From sequence record ON210137.1: DNA of 64,000 nucleotides; one strand, given 5' to 3'. The DNA is from Escherichia phage EC150. Under the pieces are notes generated by a model. The model did no database searches and was not told the DNA's origin. It saw only the letters and a program-made list of their open reading frames with translations. This document shows positions 8,408 to 17,270 of this stretch, piece by piece; within the stretch, counting starts at the first letter, position 1; each line of letters begins with the position of its first letter. The translations under genes and the position numbers were made by a program.

Positions 8408-8692
8408 TTACGCTTCGACGAGGGAGAAGGTTTCAAATTCTTCTTCGCCCATAACGAGTAAAATATTCCCGATTTCGACCGCTTCGAAGAAGTATCCGTT
8501 AACGTTTACTTCGAAGGCTTCGCGGTCCGATTCCGGTAACGCCGCGTAAAGTTTAAAAGCCTCGGCGACCGTTACCCCACCCGCTTCGATAGTTTGGTCT
8601 ACGTTCGCGGCGTAGACTTCGGATAAATTTTGTTTTACGCCGTAGTTCTCGACGATAGCGTTACGGATAGAAGAAACGTTAAGAATAGCCAT
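8408..8692 (-). CDS. small acidic protein (94 aa), paralog of 9326-9616
   Basis: N-terminus and V.(V/I)NG(Y/F)...(V/I)EIG block align with the 9326-9616 product; conserved leader CTCCCAACTAGGAG upstream. Confidence 0.55.
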   Translation of the reverse strand: MAILNVSSIRNAIVENYGVKQNLSEVYAANVDQTIEAGGVTVAEAFKLYAALPESDREAFEVNVNGYFFEAVEIGNILLVMGEEEFETFSLVEA

Positions 8693-8832
8693 TTTAAACT
8701 CCTAGTTGGGAGAGGCGTTAACGACCTATTCGTTAACTCATCCCGTCCCGATATGAGTACATTATAATATAGTGTAGAAAAAAGTAAAGCACTTTTTCGA
8801 TAAAAATGCGATAAATTATTTTATCTTTTTCC

Positions 8833-8860
8833 TTTACTTCTTCGTACACTCGCGTATACT
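8833..8860 (+). promoter_or_regulatory. sigma70-like promoter, duplicated element copy 1
   Basis: TTTACT, 16-bp spacer, TATACT; whole ~45-bp unit (CTTTACTTCTTCGTACACT ... TTTATATCGAGA) repeated at 9229-9272. Confidence 0.4.
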
Positions 8861-8915
8861 TGTTTATATCGAGACGGGCGATGGCCTTCCTTCTACTAGC
8901 ATCGGGAGTTTTATT

Positions 8916-9218
8916 ATGACTACTTTAATCTCTTCTATCCTTACTTACGACGAAGACCGTTTAACCGTTCGTTCTCTTATCGCCGCCGTTAACGCGGAAC
9001 TAGAATCCACCATCATTAAGGTCCGCGCGGTCGCTTTCGTCGGCCTTTCCTTCGACGATATTAAGTATGCCGAACGTAGCGCCATCCGCTTCGCGAAGAC
9101 CGACGACGAAGCCGTTACCCTTATCGAGACGGTTACGCCGCGCGGCGAAGCGTTAATTATCGTCGAGTATATCGACGTAGAGGGCGATAAGGCTTATAAA
9201 TATTTTATCGCAAAATAA
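8916..9218 (+). CDS. small acidic protein (100 aa)
   Basis: ORF with its own copy of the duplicated promoter; CpG-rich codon usage unlike the rest of the window. Confidence 0.5.
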   Translation: MTTLISSILTYDEDRLTVRSLIAAVNAELESTIIKVRAVAFVGLSFDDIKYAERSAIRFAKTDDEAVTLIETVTPRGEALIIVEYIDVEGDKAYKYFIAK

Positions 9219-9229
9219 CGAAAAAGTGC

Positions 9230-9258
9230 TTTACTTCTTCGTACACTAAGACTATAAT
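9230..9258 (+). promoter_or_regulatory. sigma70-like promoter, duplicated element copy 2
   Basis: TTTACT, 17-bp spacer, TATAAT; same unit as 8832-8874. Confidence 0.4.
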
Positions 9259-9325
9259 GTTTTATATCGAGAGGGGAGAGGAAGCGAATAGGTCGCCTTC
9301 CCGCCCTCCCAACTAGGAGAATATT

Positions 9326-9616
9326 ATGATTACTTTATCCGCTATCCGTTCCGCTCGCGTCGAGACTTCCGAAAACTCTAACGTATTTGGCGAAACCTTA
9401 GAGAGCGTTTATCTCTCTAACGTCGACGCGACTATCGAATCTATTTATGAGCCGATCAACTTCCTCGACCTTTACAAGTATCGCGACGAGGACATCGTAT
9501 CATCCCGCGTAACTATCAACGGCTTCGTCTATACGATTACCGAAATCGGCGGCGAATATATCGCGGTCCCGCAACTCGGCGGCGAAGTAACTTATTTTAA
9601 AATCGTCTCCTTATAA
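9326..9616 (+). CDS. small acidic protein (96 aa), paralog of 8408-8692
   Basis: Aligns with the 8408-8692 product; AGGAG RBS inside conserved leader CTCCCAACTAGGAG. Confidence 0.55.
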   Translation: MITLSAIRSARVETSENSNVFGETLESVYLSNVDATIESIYEPINFLDLYKYRDEDIVSSRVTINGFVYTITEIGGEYIAVPQLGGEVTYFKIVSL

Positions 9617-9781
9617 TACCCTTCCGTTACTAATAGGCCGCGCTTAGTCGCGGCTTTTCTTCGTCCCTATCCCGATGCGCGTCTACGCGAAAACTCCTTT
9701 ATCCTTCCCTTCGTCGTCGCATAATCTTCTTCGAGATGCTCCTTAGTTCGCATAACAGGTATTACGTTAAATGGAGAACAT

Positions 9782-9854
9782 CGCGTAAGTCCTTGTTTTA
9801 TATAGACACCTATATCGGACCGTTAGGGCGGGTCGCGTAAGTCGTTGTTTTATA
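9782..9854. repeat. 21-bp direct repeat, 2 copies
   Basis: CGCGTAAGTCCTTGTTTTATA at 9782 and CGCGTAAGTCGTTGTTTTATA at 9834. Confidence 0.4.
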
Positions 9855-9979
9855 AAGGCGCAAAACTTTCCCTTCGTTCCGAACTAAAACGAGAAATGTG
9901 CCGACCCTTCGCCCGAAAATAGTACGTATGCGAAATTACATGCATCTCGAATAATCCCTCCCGATATTATCCTACACGC

Positions 9980-10042
9980 AATCATTCGCTTTCGAATCAT
10001 TATGCTTCATATTGTTATGCGTCGAATCATTCGCTTTCGAAT
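9980..10042. repeat. 18-bp direct repeat, 2 copies
   Basis: AATCATTCGCTTTCGAAT at 9980 and 10025. Confidence 0.4.
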
Positions 10043-10131
10043 TGTAACGCTGGAAACTGTAACGGCGATTGATTATTGCGTTCGTGTGGTTTTTATGGCA
10101 TGGGTCTTTTGGTGCGTTTTGGTACTTGATG

Positions 10132-10244
10132 AAATTTGCAGTACACTAATCAAAATACGACACATTTGGTCCACTAACTTTTCAAAGAAAAAGTCCTAGA
10201 CAGTACCGTACTATTTTGTACCCACAGGAAATTTGCAGTACACT
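10132..10244 (+). repeat. 16-bp direct repeat, 2 copies, related to the AATTTGCA motif family
   Basis: AAATTTGCAGTACACT at 10132 and 10229. Confidence 0.4.
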
Positions 10245-10314
10245 CCTGCGCGGCAGGCAAAACAAAGGGCCGCACTAAGCGACCCACGATTCACGGTTAA
10301 ATCAGCAACACCCA

Positions 10315-10695
10315 CTATTCGCTCTTATGGGCATCACCAAAGCCATCCGCAATCTGGCTGATCAATGATTCAATGGACACAGTTTTACCAATTGATCGAG
10401 CGGTAATAGCAAGCATATTATCAATCAAACCATGATTGGATGCGTATGGTTCAGGTTTTGAATCATCTTCAGGACAACCAAAAAGCTGGTCGCGCAAACT
10501 TTCGAGAGAACGCTCAACATTTTCCAACTTCTCTTCTAAATCGGATTGGCGACGTAAAACCCATGTCAAGTCACGGTTGCCAACTTCCAATCCATCAGAA
10601 TAGCAAGGTGGAGCGTCAATTTTGTTGCTGGAACCAAAAGCAGTGCCGCTGCCTTTAGTATAAGTATGGCTCATAGAATCATTTTTATTTGACAT
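10315..10695 (-). CDS. hypothetical protein (126 aa)
   Basis: Minus-strand ORF in accessory block; no recognisable domain. Confidence 0.45.
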   Translation of the reverse strand: MSNKNDSMSHTYTKGSGTAFGSSNKIDAPPCYSDGLEVGNRDLTWVLRRQSDLEEKLENVERSLESLRDQLFGCPEDDSKPEPYASNHGLIDNMLAITARSIGKTVSIESLISQIADGFGDAHKSE

Positions 10696-10769
10696 ATCAT
10701 TACCTTTAATATTTGGTGATTAACAATAACTATAATAAAGCCGCATAGCGCGGCATTCAAATCGATTTA

Positions 10770-11018
10770 TTAATTGTGACGATTGGATTCATCAATCGAT
10801 ACCAATTGTGCAGGGTTGCCGGATACCGTTGCGCCGATGATTCCCATTTGAGAGAAAAATTCTGAATAAACCTCTTTCCAGTACTTGCGCGCTGCTTTCT
10901 GGGCTTGACCTTTGCGCTTATAACTTTTGCCTTGAAAGATGAAGCGGTCTTTTGGAGCGTAATACTCCACCACACCTTCCAGCCATTGTAAGAATGCTAC
11001 TGATTCATTTTTATTCAT
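10770..11018 (-). CDS. hypothetical basic protein (82 aa)
   Basis: Minus-strand ORF in accessory block. Confidence 0.4.
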   Translation of the reverse strand: MNKNESVAFLQWLEGVVEYYAPKDRFIFQGKSYKRKGQAQKAARKYWKEVYSEFFSQMGIIGATVSGNPAQLVSIDESNRHN

Positions 11019-11025
11019 GTTAACC

Positions 11026-11481
11026 TCAATATTTTAATAAGAAAGCGCCCAACCAACTTTCCTCAATCTCGCGGCCAGTAGCCACACGGTCGGTCTTTGA
11101 TATGGGTCTGGATTCGCCACAGGGCAACCCGTCCTGTAGTTGTGTACTATTGCCAATCCTCACCAGAACCTTTCCATCAGGGTCGATATAAGCGCGACAA
11201 CCCATGATTTCGAGTCGTTGTAGACACTGGCGAATCGTTTTCAGCTTCTCACCGGACCTGATAGAGCGCGGTCGCGACCGCTGACCGTTCTTATTCACTT
11301 TGCGCTTTGCAACCGGAATATCATTGATGCGCTGCGACTTGGGTCGATAATAGGCTTCTTCGCCAGGAGTTGCACCTGGCGTCAGTTCGCGTTTGAGATC
11401 CTTTTCAATATCGATGATCATGATTATGCCGCTGCAGCGTAAACAATTGCATAAGCAATTCCAAACAGCGCAGCAATACAT
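11026..11481 (-). CDS. hypothetical basic protein (about 151 aa)
   Basis: Start set at first ATG (11481); track ORF begins with TTG at 11493; Cys-rich N-terminus, Arg/Lys-rich middle. Confidence 0.4.
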   Translation of the reverse strand: MYCCAVWNCLCNCLRCSGIIMIIDIEKDLKRELTPGATPGEEAYYRPKSQRINDIPVAKRKVNKNGQRSRPRSIRSGEKLKTIRQCLQRLEIMGCRAYIDPDGKVLVRIGNSTQLQDGLPCGESRPISKTDRVATGREIEESWLGAFLLKY

Positions 11482-11522
11482 ACCGTGCCCCAAAATGCAA
11501 AGCGTCGTGACTCTTTATCCAT

Positions 11523-11768
11523 TTATTTATCCCCCAACGTCCATGAATTAAACACTAATTTTGCCATTTCATCTTGTGAAACCACATTATAGTGCTTAGG
11601 CAAATCGCTTTCTGATAATACCTTCTGGGCTTCTTCTTTTGTCTCAAAGAGAGGGATGAAAAAGACCAAGCGGTTATCTTCAGGATCAATGCCGCAGATG
11701 ACGTATTTTGGCAATGCTTTTGCTTTTTGAGTCTTATCAATATCTTCAAATTTCATAATACACCTCAC
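11523..11768 (-). CDS. hypothetical protein (81 aa)
   Basis: ORF immediately downstream of the tail-fibre gene on the same strand. Confidence 0.45.
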   Translation of the reverse strand: MRCIMKFEDIDKTQKAKALPKYVICGIDPEDNRLVFFIPLFETKEEAQKVLSESDLPKHYNVVSQDEMAKLVFNSWTLGDK

Positions 11769-11810
11769 TTGTTAACGTATAATGAGTATAACTTAATCGA
11801 GCATAAAGTA

Positions 11811-11830
11811 AAGGCGCTTTTCAGCGCCTT
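11811..11830 (-). terminator. putative terminator after tail-fibre gene
   Basis: Hairpin AAGGCGC/GCGCCTT with 5-nt loop, then a T-rich stretch on the minus-strand transcript. Confidence 0.4.
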
Positions 11831-11837
11831 GAGTGAA

Positions 11838-14153
11838 TTATTTTGCTGATTTCAGCACGGCTATCTCTGCCTTGAGTTCATCAATCTGATCCATCAATGC
11901 GAGAATAGCCTCGTGGTGCAATGCCGCTGCAACGCCGTAAGTGTCAACTGACTTGATATCTTCGACAACAGTCCCATCCTTGAGTTCCGTGTTTGAATAT
12001 TTCAAAGTTTTTACTGCGTCAGGAAATACACCTTCTACATCTTGAGCTATAAATCCGATGCCATTCGGTTTCTCTGACTTATCAAGGCGCTCCCAAGTCA
12101 CACCCTTGATCAATCTCATCTTTCCTAACGGGTCGGAAATCCTTTGAATATTTGTTTTGACCCTCTCATCAGACGTGCTGACCCAGTTCCCTGCAGTAGC
12201 AGTACCATCAGGCATAAATTTGAAATCTGCTGCAGCGCCTTGCCCATTGTTTATGGATATTTGCGCGTGCATCAAATCAGTTCCAGTACCTCGAACGCCT
12301 CCGAATGTATAGCTGCCAGCATACCAATCCCCTGAAAAATATGATACATACCCAGGCGTTGACTGGTTGAAGTTTATCATCCTCATACCGTTGCTTTCAT
12401 ACGCTGAAACGCCTACTGAATTCAACGGTTGCACAACAAGGTCTTTTGGTCTGAGATATGCATTAACATTCAGCGCCCCGTCTGTCCTTTCCGTACTAAT
12501 TTGATTTATGGAGTTAGGGAAATAAAATGTGCCATCTTGCGCAAACTTCCATTCTTGCACCCCATTAGATATCACAGCACCTTGTTCAGACGTTAATCCA
12601 TCAATCTTACCGTATGCTTGCAAGAATGCTTGATACGCAATGTTGGTGCCAATTTTATATTCAGATTTTACACTGCCGCCACTGACAAGCGTTCCGGTTG
12701 CAGGTTTTACTGCGTCACCATTAATAACGCTCCAAGTCGTATTCGCAGCAGCAAATCCACCCGATGCACGAATCACCCAAACGCCTACAAAGTTACGACC
12801 CATTATTTCACTGTTTGAACGGCCATAAACCGGACTTACTCGCGAAGCATCAAAACTCACCCTAATAACACCATTACCAGTTACCGGTTCTGGTGACAAT
12901 GGTGTTTCTACCTGACCCGGTACAATAGCACCCGTCTGCCCGTAGGCGACGACGCCACCAATATCCCCGTAAATGTTTGGTGCAGCTGAATCAAACACAA
13001 CACCATCAGCGTTGGAGTTTGCGGTGCCATTTCCTGCGCCGTCACCTCGTCCATAAAGAGCGGCTAATGAACCGACTTGAACGCCGTTTTTGTCGGGCAC
13101 ACGGAAAGTCGTTGAGCCATTACCAAGAGAATACTTTCCGCGCTTTGTTGGGTCCGCAAGCCAATCCGCATCAGCAATAGGAGTCAGCATTTGAGCATAT
13201 GCCCAAAGCTCAGGCCAGTCTGCGCGGTTAAGCAATTGCCCGTCTGCAACAACTTCATATGGCTGGATGTAAGCACGGCTATCACGAAGATGAAAATCAC
13301 CAACACCATAGTTCATTACACCGTTCATGTTCGGTCCAACGGTGCCAGTGTTGATAAGGTTTTCAACCCAACGTTTAGTCGCAGCATCATAATCATTCAC
13401 AGGGTCACCAGCAAGCGGAGTTGGGCCTGTCGGTCGAATATTCAACCAAGCCTGCGCATTATCCCCTGATCCTGTGCCGCCCATGGAAGTGGGCACGATA
13501 TTTTGATCAGCGACTTGTCCGAATCCAAAAGCAGACTTCATGCCCTGAATAGTACTCTGCCCTGTGCCACCGTTTGCCACTGGTACTACATCAAGTTCGC
13601 TATAAACCTTTTTCCAAGGTGACCAAAAGTCGCCATTAAATACCCTGTTGTATTCAGGGCCAACCGTTGCTGTGTATTTTTGTGAACAAGCATTTGCTGA
13701 AATTTGGATTACTTCCAATACTCCAGACGATAAGGTTGGGTAGTTCAAAGCAGGTGATGCTGATAGACTGTTCGGCTGGTAATATTGGCCAAACCATGAA
13801 CCAGTCAAAGCATTGAGATTTATTCCGTTAGGAATCTCTCCAAAGTTTCGGACAGTACCCGTCAAAGTCGCAGCAGTAGTTCGAATGGAAAGCATGTCGC
13901 CAGCCGCCCATGCACGCGCTGCAGTTCCTTCCTGTGCACGCTGCACGGTCAGGACGTTTCCAACAACGGCTGTTACTGTGACGATTTCGAATTGGAGGCC
14001 TGTCGCAGCGTCTACGATTGTCGCCACTACACGCTCGTTTGCAGCCAAGGTCGGAAATCCCGACCCTGAGCGAATTGTGATTGTGGTGTCTGAAGTCGTC
14101 GTTGGCTGAGCGAGCGCGACCTCAAAGTTGTTTTTGAATATTAGCCTTGGCAT
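11838..14153 (-). CDS. tail fibre/tailspike with C-terminal intramolecular chaperone (peptidase S74-like) domain
   Basis: 771 aa; DAATKRWVE collar-like motif; Gly/Ser/Thr-rich body; C-terminal SDERVKTNI...ISDPLGK...GVTW...GFIAQDVEGVFPDAV typical of auto-cleaving chaperone domains. Confidence 0.85.
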   Translation of the reverse strand: MPRLIFKNNFEVALAQPTTTSDTTITIRSGSGFPTLAANERVVATIVDAATGLQFEIVTVTAVVGNVLTVQRAQEGTAARAWAAGDMLSIRTTAATLTGTVRNFGEIPNGINLNALTGSWFGQYYQPNSLSASPALNYPTLSSGVLEVIQISANACSQKYTATVGPEYNRVFNGDFWSPWKKVYSELDVVPVANGGTGQSTIQGMKSAFGFGQVADQNIVPTSMGGTGSGDNAQAWLNIRPTGPTPLAGDPVNDYDAATKRWVENLINTGTVGPNMNGVMNYGVGDFHLRDSRAYIQPYEVVADGQLLNRADWPELWAYAQMLTPIADADWLADPTKRGKYSLGNGSTTFRVPDKNGVQVGSLAALYGRGDGAGNGTANSNADGVVFDSAAPNIYGDIGGVVAYGQTGAIVPGQVETPLSPEPVTGNGVIRVSFDASRVSPVYGRSNSEIMGRNFVGVWVIRASGGFAAANTTWSVINGDAVKPATGTLVSGGSVKSEYKIGTNIAYQAFLQAYGKIDGLTSEQGAVISNGVQEWKFAQDGTFYFPNSINQISTERTDGALNVNAYLRPKDLVVQPLNSVGVSAYESNGMRMINFNQSTPGYVSYFSGDWYAGSYTFGGVRGTGTDLMHAQISINNGQGAAADFKFMPDGTATAGNWVSTSDERVKTNIQRISDPLGKMRLIKGVTWERLDKSEKPNGIGFIAQDVEGVFPDAVKTLKYSNTELKDGTVVEDIKSVDTYGVAAALHHEAILALMDQIDELKAEIAVLKSAK

Positions 14154-14191
14154 TTTACGGTCCTCGTTTTGTCGACAACCGTATTATAACC

Positions 14192-14533
14192 TTAATTTCT
14201 TTTGAGAGGAATATGGCGGTTGCTGTCATTATTTGGTTTAATAATGAGCATAAAAACGATTAGAAAGATGATGGCTGATATACTTAATTCAATCAGCGCG
14301 GCTTGAGATATAGATTGATCTTCATGATACTGCTTTTGCATTTCTGCTTTCTTCTGAGCGCAAACTTCAGGTGATATGTAATCGCCTTTTGAGTTGCCAT
14401 AATAAATCTCGCCATTCTCAGAAATAAGCCTGCCGCAAATATCCGTGTCAGCCTTTGCGCTTGACATCATAATAACGGTGCCGATGATAGCGGCAATTGT
14501 CCAGATTAGCAGTTGTGATAAGGTATTATTCAT
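14192..14533 (-). CDS. membrane protein (113 aa)
   Basis: Hydrophobic segments at N-terminus and near C-terminus. Confidence 0.5.
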   Translation of the reverse strand: MNNTLSQLLIWTIAAIIGTVIMMSSAKADTDICGRLISENGEIYYGNSKGDYISPEVCAQKKAEMQKQYHEDQSISQAALIELSISAIIFLIVFMLIIKPNNDSNRHIPLKRN

Positions 14534-14728
14534 GATAACCTCTTTAATTCCCTTCCCATATCGGGAAGGGTGAATATTATTTTACGCGAAAGAATAGGCG
14601 CGTGCCACACAGCGAGTCCCAACGGCCCTCACCATCCCATATCGACCCAACACCAGCGGTGATTGGGCCAGCAGAATTGGCGGCATTGGCCCAGGCTAGA
14701 CGTTTCAACTTCCAACTGCACCAACGAT

Positions 14729-14962
14729 TCACATTTCATCTCCAGATTGCAAAACAAGTCCCGCATAGATGATTGCTAAAGCTAAAGGCGCACCACTTCC
14801 CGCCTCTCTGTTCTCTTTAATCTGAAGAGCATCCTTAAGGAATTGCAACTGAACGTTGAATTCATTTTCAATTCCAAGCACTCCAGACAATCCTTTTACA
14901 GAATCTGCATATGCCTTGTCTAGCACTTCTTTTGGTACTGTTAAAGTCAATTCATTTGCCAT
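14729..14962 (-). CDS. hypothetical protein (about 77 aa)
   Basis: Start adjusted to internal ATG (MANELTL); overlaps upstream gene by a few nt. Confidence 0.35.
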   Translation of the reverse strand: MANELTLTVPKEVLDKAYADSVKGLSGVLGIENEFNVQLQFLKDALQIKENREAGSGAPLALAIIYAGLVLQSGDEM

Positions 14963-15173
14963 TTTCTTTCCACTCCACGAATGTACTGCCACTTGTTTCT
15001 CTATTTAGCAGGTATCTGCCGCGCATTCCATGAAGGCTGAACTCAACCGTCGATGGATTAGATTTTGAAAGCCACATCACTTGACCGTCGAATGGTCCGC
15101 CGATGCATGTGTATTTGGCCTTTGGCTCACTCCTTTTGGGTCGCTTTGCCCGCTCTTTGATTGATAGTCTCAT
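14952..15173 (-). CDS. hypothetical basic protein (73 aa)
   Basis: ORF abutting the stop of 15173-15388. Confidence 0.4.
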   Translation of the reverse strand: MRLSIKERAKRPKRSEPKAKYTCIGGPFDGQVMWLSKSNPSTVEFSLHGMRGRYLLNRETSGSTFVEWKENGK

Positions 15174-15388
15174 CAGTCTTCACCTTGAGATTCAAGACAA
15201 GTAAGGACAAGCCACGTCATCGGAAGAATCAAAACCAGAGAAATAAGTGACCAAATGGACCAACACAAGATGACAGACTTGAATGTGTGAACGTCGCCAA
15301 ACGTAGCAGTGAAACAAAATCCCATTACGAAAGCAATCGCTGTGGAGTGATTATCAATGGCTTTGATGGCGCGGTCGATGAGTTTCAT
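15173..15388 (-). CDS. small membrane protein with two predicted transmembrane segments (holin-like)
   Basis: 71 aa; hydrophobic stretches TAIAFVMGFCFTATFG and VILCWSIWSLISLVLILPMTWLVLTCL; holin role is inference. Confidence 0.4.
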   Translation of the reverse strand: MKLIDRAIKAIDNHSTAIAFVMGFCFTATFGDVHTFKSVILCWSIWSLISLVLILPMTWLVLTCLESQGED

Positions 15389-15566
15389 ATTACCTCCGGT
15401 TTTGAGTTAATATGATTATAATGCAGAATTTCAGAAAGGCAAACTTTTTGTGAATTTAAATTAAAAAAATGGCCAGAAATAATCTGGCCAAAAAGATCAC
15501 CCTTTATCCACTACTAAGCTGGAATCATAATTTTACTTGATATAGCTGTCTCAAGCAAACTATAAT

Positions 15567-17027
15567 ATGAATAAAATATTAACACATAATTGGAAAGTCA
15601 TGTACCAGTTGAATCCTGCTTTAAGAGAAGTCTGGAAGACGAAAGCGCGATACAAAGTCATATACGGCGGTCGTGCATCTTCCAAATCGCACGATGCCGC
15701 TGGTTTTGCTATTTATTTGGCGGCAAACTTCAAATTAAAATTCCTTTGCGTTCGACAATTCCAGAACAAGATTTCTGAATCAGTATATACGCTATTAAAA
15801 GACAAAATAGAAATTTCTGATTTCAAAGACGAGTTCAACTTATTAAAGAACTCTATTGAACACAAAAGAACAAAATCTGAATTCTTATTTTACGGTATCG
15901 CACGCAACGTTGATGAAATCAAATCAACAGAAGGCGTTGATGTTCTTTGGCTTGAAGAAGCGCATGCGCTGACTGAAGAGCAGTGGGACATCATTGAGCC
16001 GACAATTCGTAAGGAAGGGTCCGAAATATGGATCATATTTAACCCTGATGAAGAGGCTGATTTTGTCTACCAGAACTTTGTCATGCGACCGCCGAAGAAT
16101 GCCATCGTTAAGAAGATTAACTGGCAAGACAACCCATTCTTGTCGCAAACAATGCTGGATGTTATCGCTGGCATGTATGAGCGCGACCCGAAAAAGGCAG
16201 AACACGTTTATGGCGGAGTACCGAAGACTGGCGGCGACAAGTCGGTAATCAACCGTGCATTCGTCAAGGCCGCGCTAAACCTCCACAAACACCCTACGCT
16301 GGGATGGAGCTTGTCAGGGTCTAACCGTATAGGCTTTGACGTGGCGGACGACGGCGACGACTTAAACGCCACAGCATTTGTCACTGGCAACGTATTGCGC
16401 GGCATCAAGACATGGGAAGGTCTGGAGGATGAATTGCTTAAGTCCGCAAGCGGAGTCTGGAAAGACGCATTGACATTCGGCGCATCAATCACCTATGACG
16501 CCATCGGTGTTGGTGCATTTGCTGGTTCAAAATTTGATGAGCTTAATGAGTGTGCAATCCATGAAAATCCAACATTCCCAAGAATCGAATTTAATGCGTT
16601 CAACGCGCAAGGTGCTGTTGATGATCCTGATGACGTTTTCCTTGAGTTACCACACGTTGAAATACTCAATAAAGACCATTTCGCAAACATAAAAGCGCAA
16701 AAATGGACTGAGATTGCCGAACGATTCAGAAAGACATATGAGTATGCGACAGGGCAAGCCGTATATCCGACCGATGAGTTGATTTCCATCGACACAGACG
16801 GCATCCCAGAACTTGGTATTCCCGCTTGGTCTGCGGAAGAGATTGAGACGTTTCTTTTTGAGATGTCAGCGCCGCGCAAAGATACGTCTGTTCTTGGTAA
16901 GTTCAAAGTTGAATCGAAAAAAGATATGGCAAAGCGTGGAGTCAAATCGCCTAACAAAGCGGACGCAGCAATCATGGCATTGATGAAACCAATTGTTGCA
17001 GCATCCGGCTTCTTCTCTAACCTTTAA
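15567..17027 (+). CDS. terL: terminase large subunit
   Basis: 486 aa; Walker A-like GGRASSKS; LWLEEAH Walker B-like; C-terminal nuclease-like region with acidic residues. Confidence 0.9.
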   Translation: MNKILTHNWKVMYQLNPALREVWKTKARYKVIYGGRASSKSHDAAGFAIYLAANFKLKFLCVRQFQNKISESVYTLLKDKIEISDFKDEFNLLKNSIEHKRTKSEFLFYGIARNVDEIKSTEGVDVLWLEEAHALTEEQWDIIEPTIRKEGSEIWIIFNPDEEADFVYQNFVMRPPKNAIVKKINWQDNPFLSQTMLDVIAGMYERDPKKAEHVYGGVPKTGGDKSVINRAFVKAALNLHKHPTLGWSLSGSNRIGFDVADDGDDLNATAFVTGNVLRGIKTWEGLEDELLKSASGVWKDALTFGASITYDAIGVGAFAGSKFDELNECAIHENPTFPRIEFNAFNAQGAVDDPDDVFLELPHVEILNKDHFANIKAQKWTEIAERFRKTYEYATGQAVYPTDELISIDTDGIPELGIPAWSAEEIETFLFEMSAPRKDTSVLGKFKVESKKDMAKRGVKSPNKADAAIMALMKPIVAASGFFSNL

Positions 17028-17030
17028 CAA

Positions 17031-17270
17031 TTAAATCATTCCGTGCTGAAGGTCGAGCTTTCTTGCGGCAAACGACCTGGCACGGAATCGCTTACCCGCC
17101 CTTACTGCCTGTCGAATTTTCTTTTGCAAACACTTACGGTCAAAATCGTTGCGGTCGACGGCTTCGAGTAAATCGCGACGCAGTGCACCCAGTGTCGACT
17201 TTTCGGAGACTTCAACGCCCAGCGCGGCTGCAACATCTTTCAAAACATCGAGTTCGGTTAAAGTTCTCAT
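17031..17270 (-). CDS. small HeH/SAP-like domain protein with basic tail (79 aa)
   Basis: LTELDVLKDVAAALGV...STLGALRRDLLEAV resembles Rho-N/HeH motif; C-terminus Lys/Arg-rich; 4-nt overlap with upstream gene. Confidence 0.45.
   Translation of the reverse strand: MRTLTELDVLKDVAAALGVEVSEKSTLGALRRDLLEAVDRNDFDRKCLQKKIRQAVRAGKRFRARSFAARKLDLQHGMI

Noticed and set aside
9980-10042. tRNA gene suggested by TTCGAAT strings
   Set aside because: Context is a direct repeat (AATCATTCGCTTTCGAAT) without the GGTTCGAATCC T-arm or a cloverleaf-compatible acceptor stem; no tRNA could be supported anywhere in the window by eye
10002-10199. 65-aa plus-strand ORF
   Set aside because: Lies entirely within the direct-repeat-rich non-coding stretch and reads through the repeats; no RBS
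12144-13469. Several 60-90-aa plus-strand ORFs
   Set aside because: All nested inside the well-supported 771-aa tail fibre gene on the opposite strand
15470-15490. Hairpin TGGCCAG-AAATAAT-CTGGCCA flanked by A-runs upstream of the terminase gene
   Set aside because: It would terminate only leftward transcription, for which no upstream gene exists; not called as a terminator
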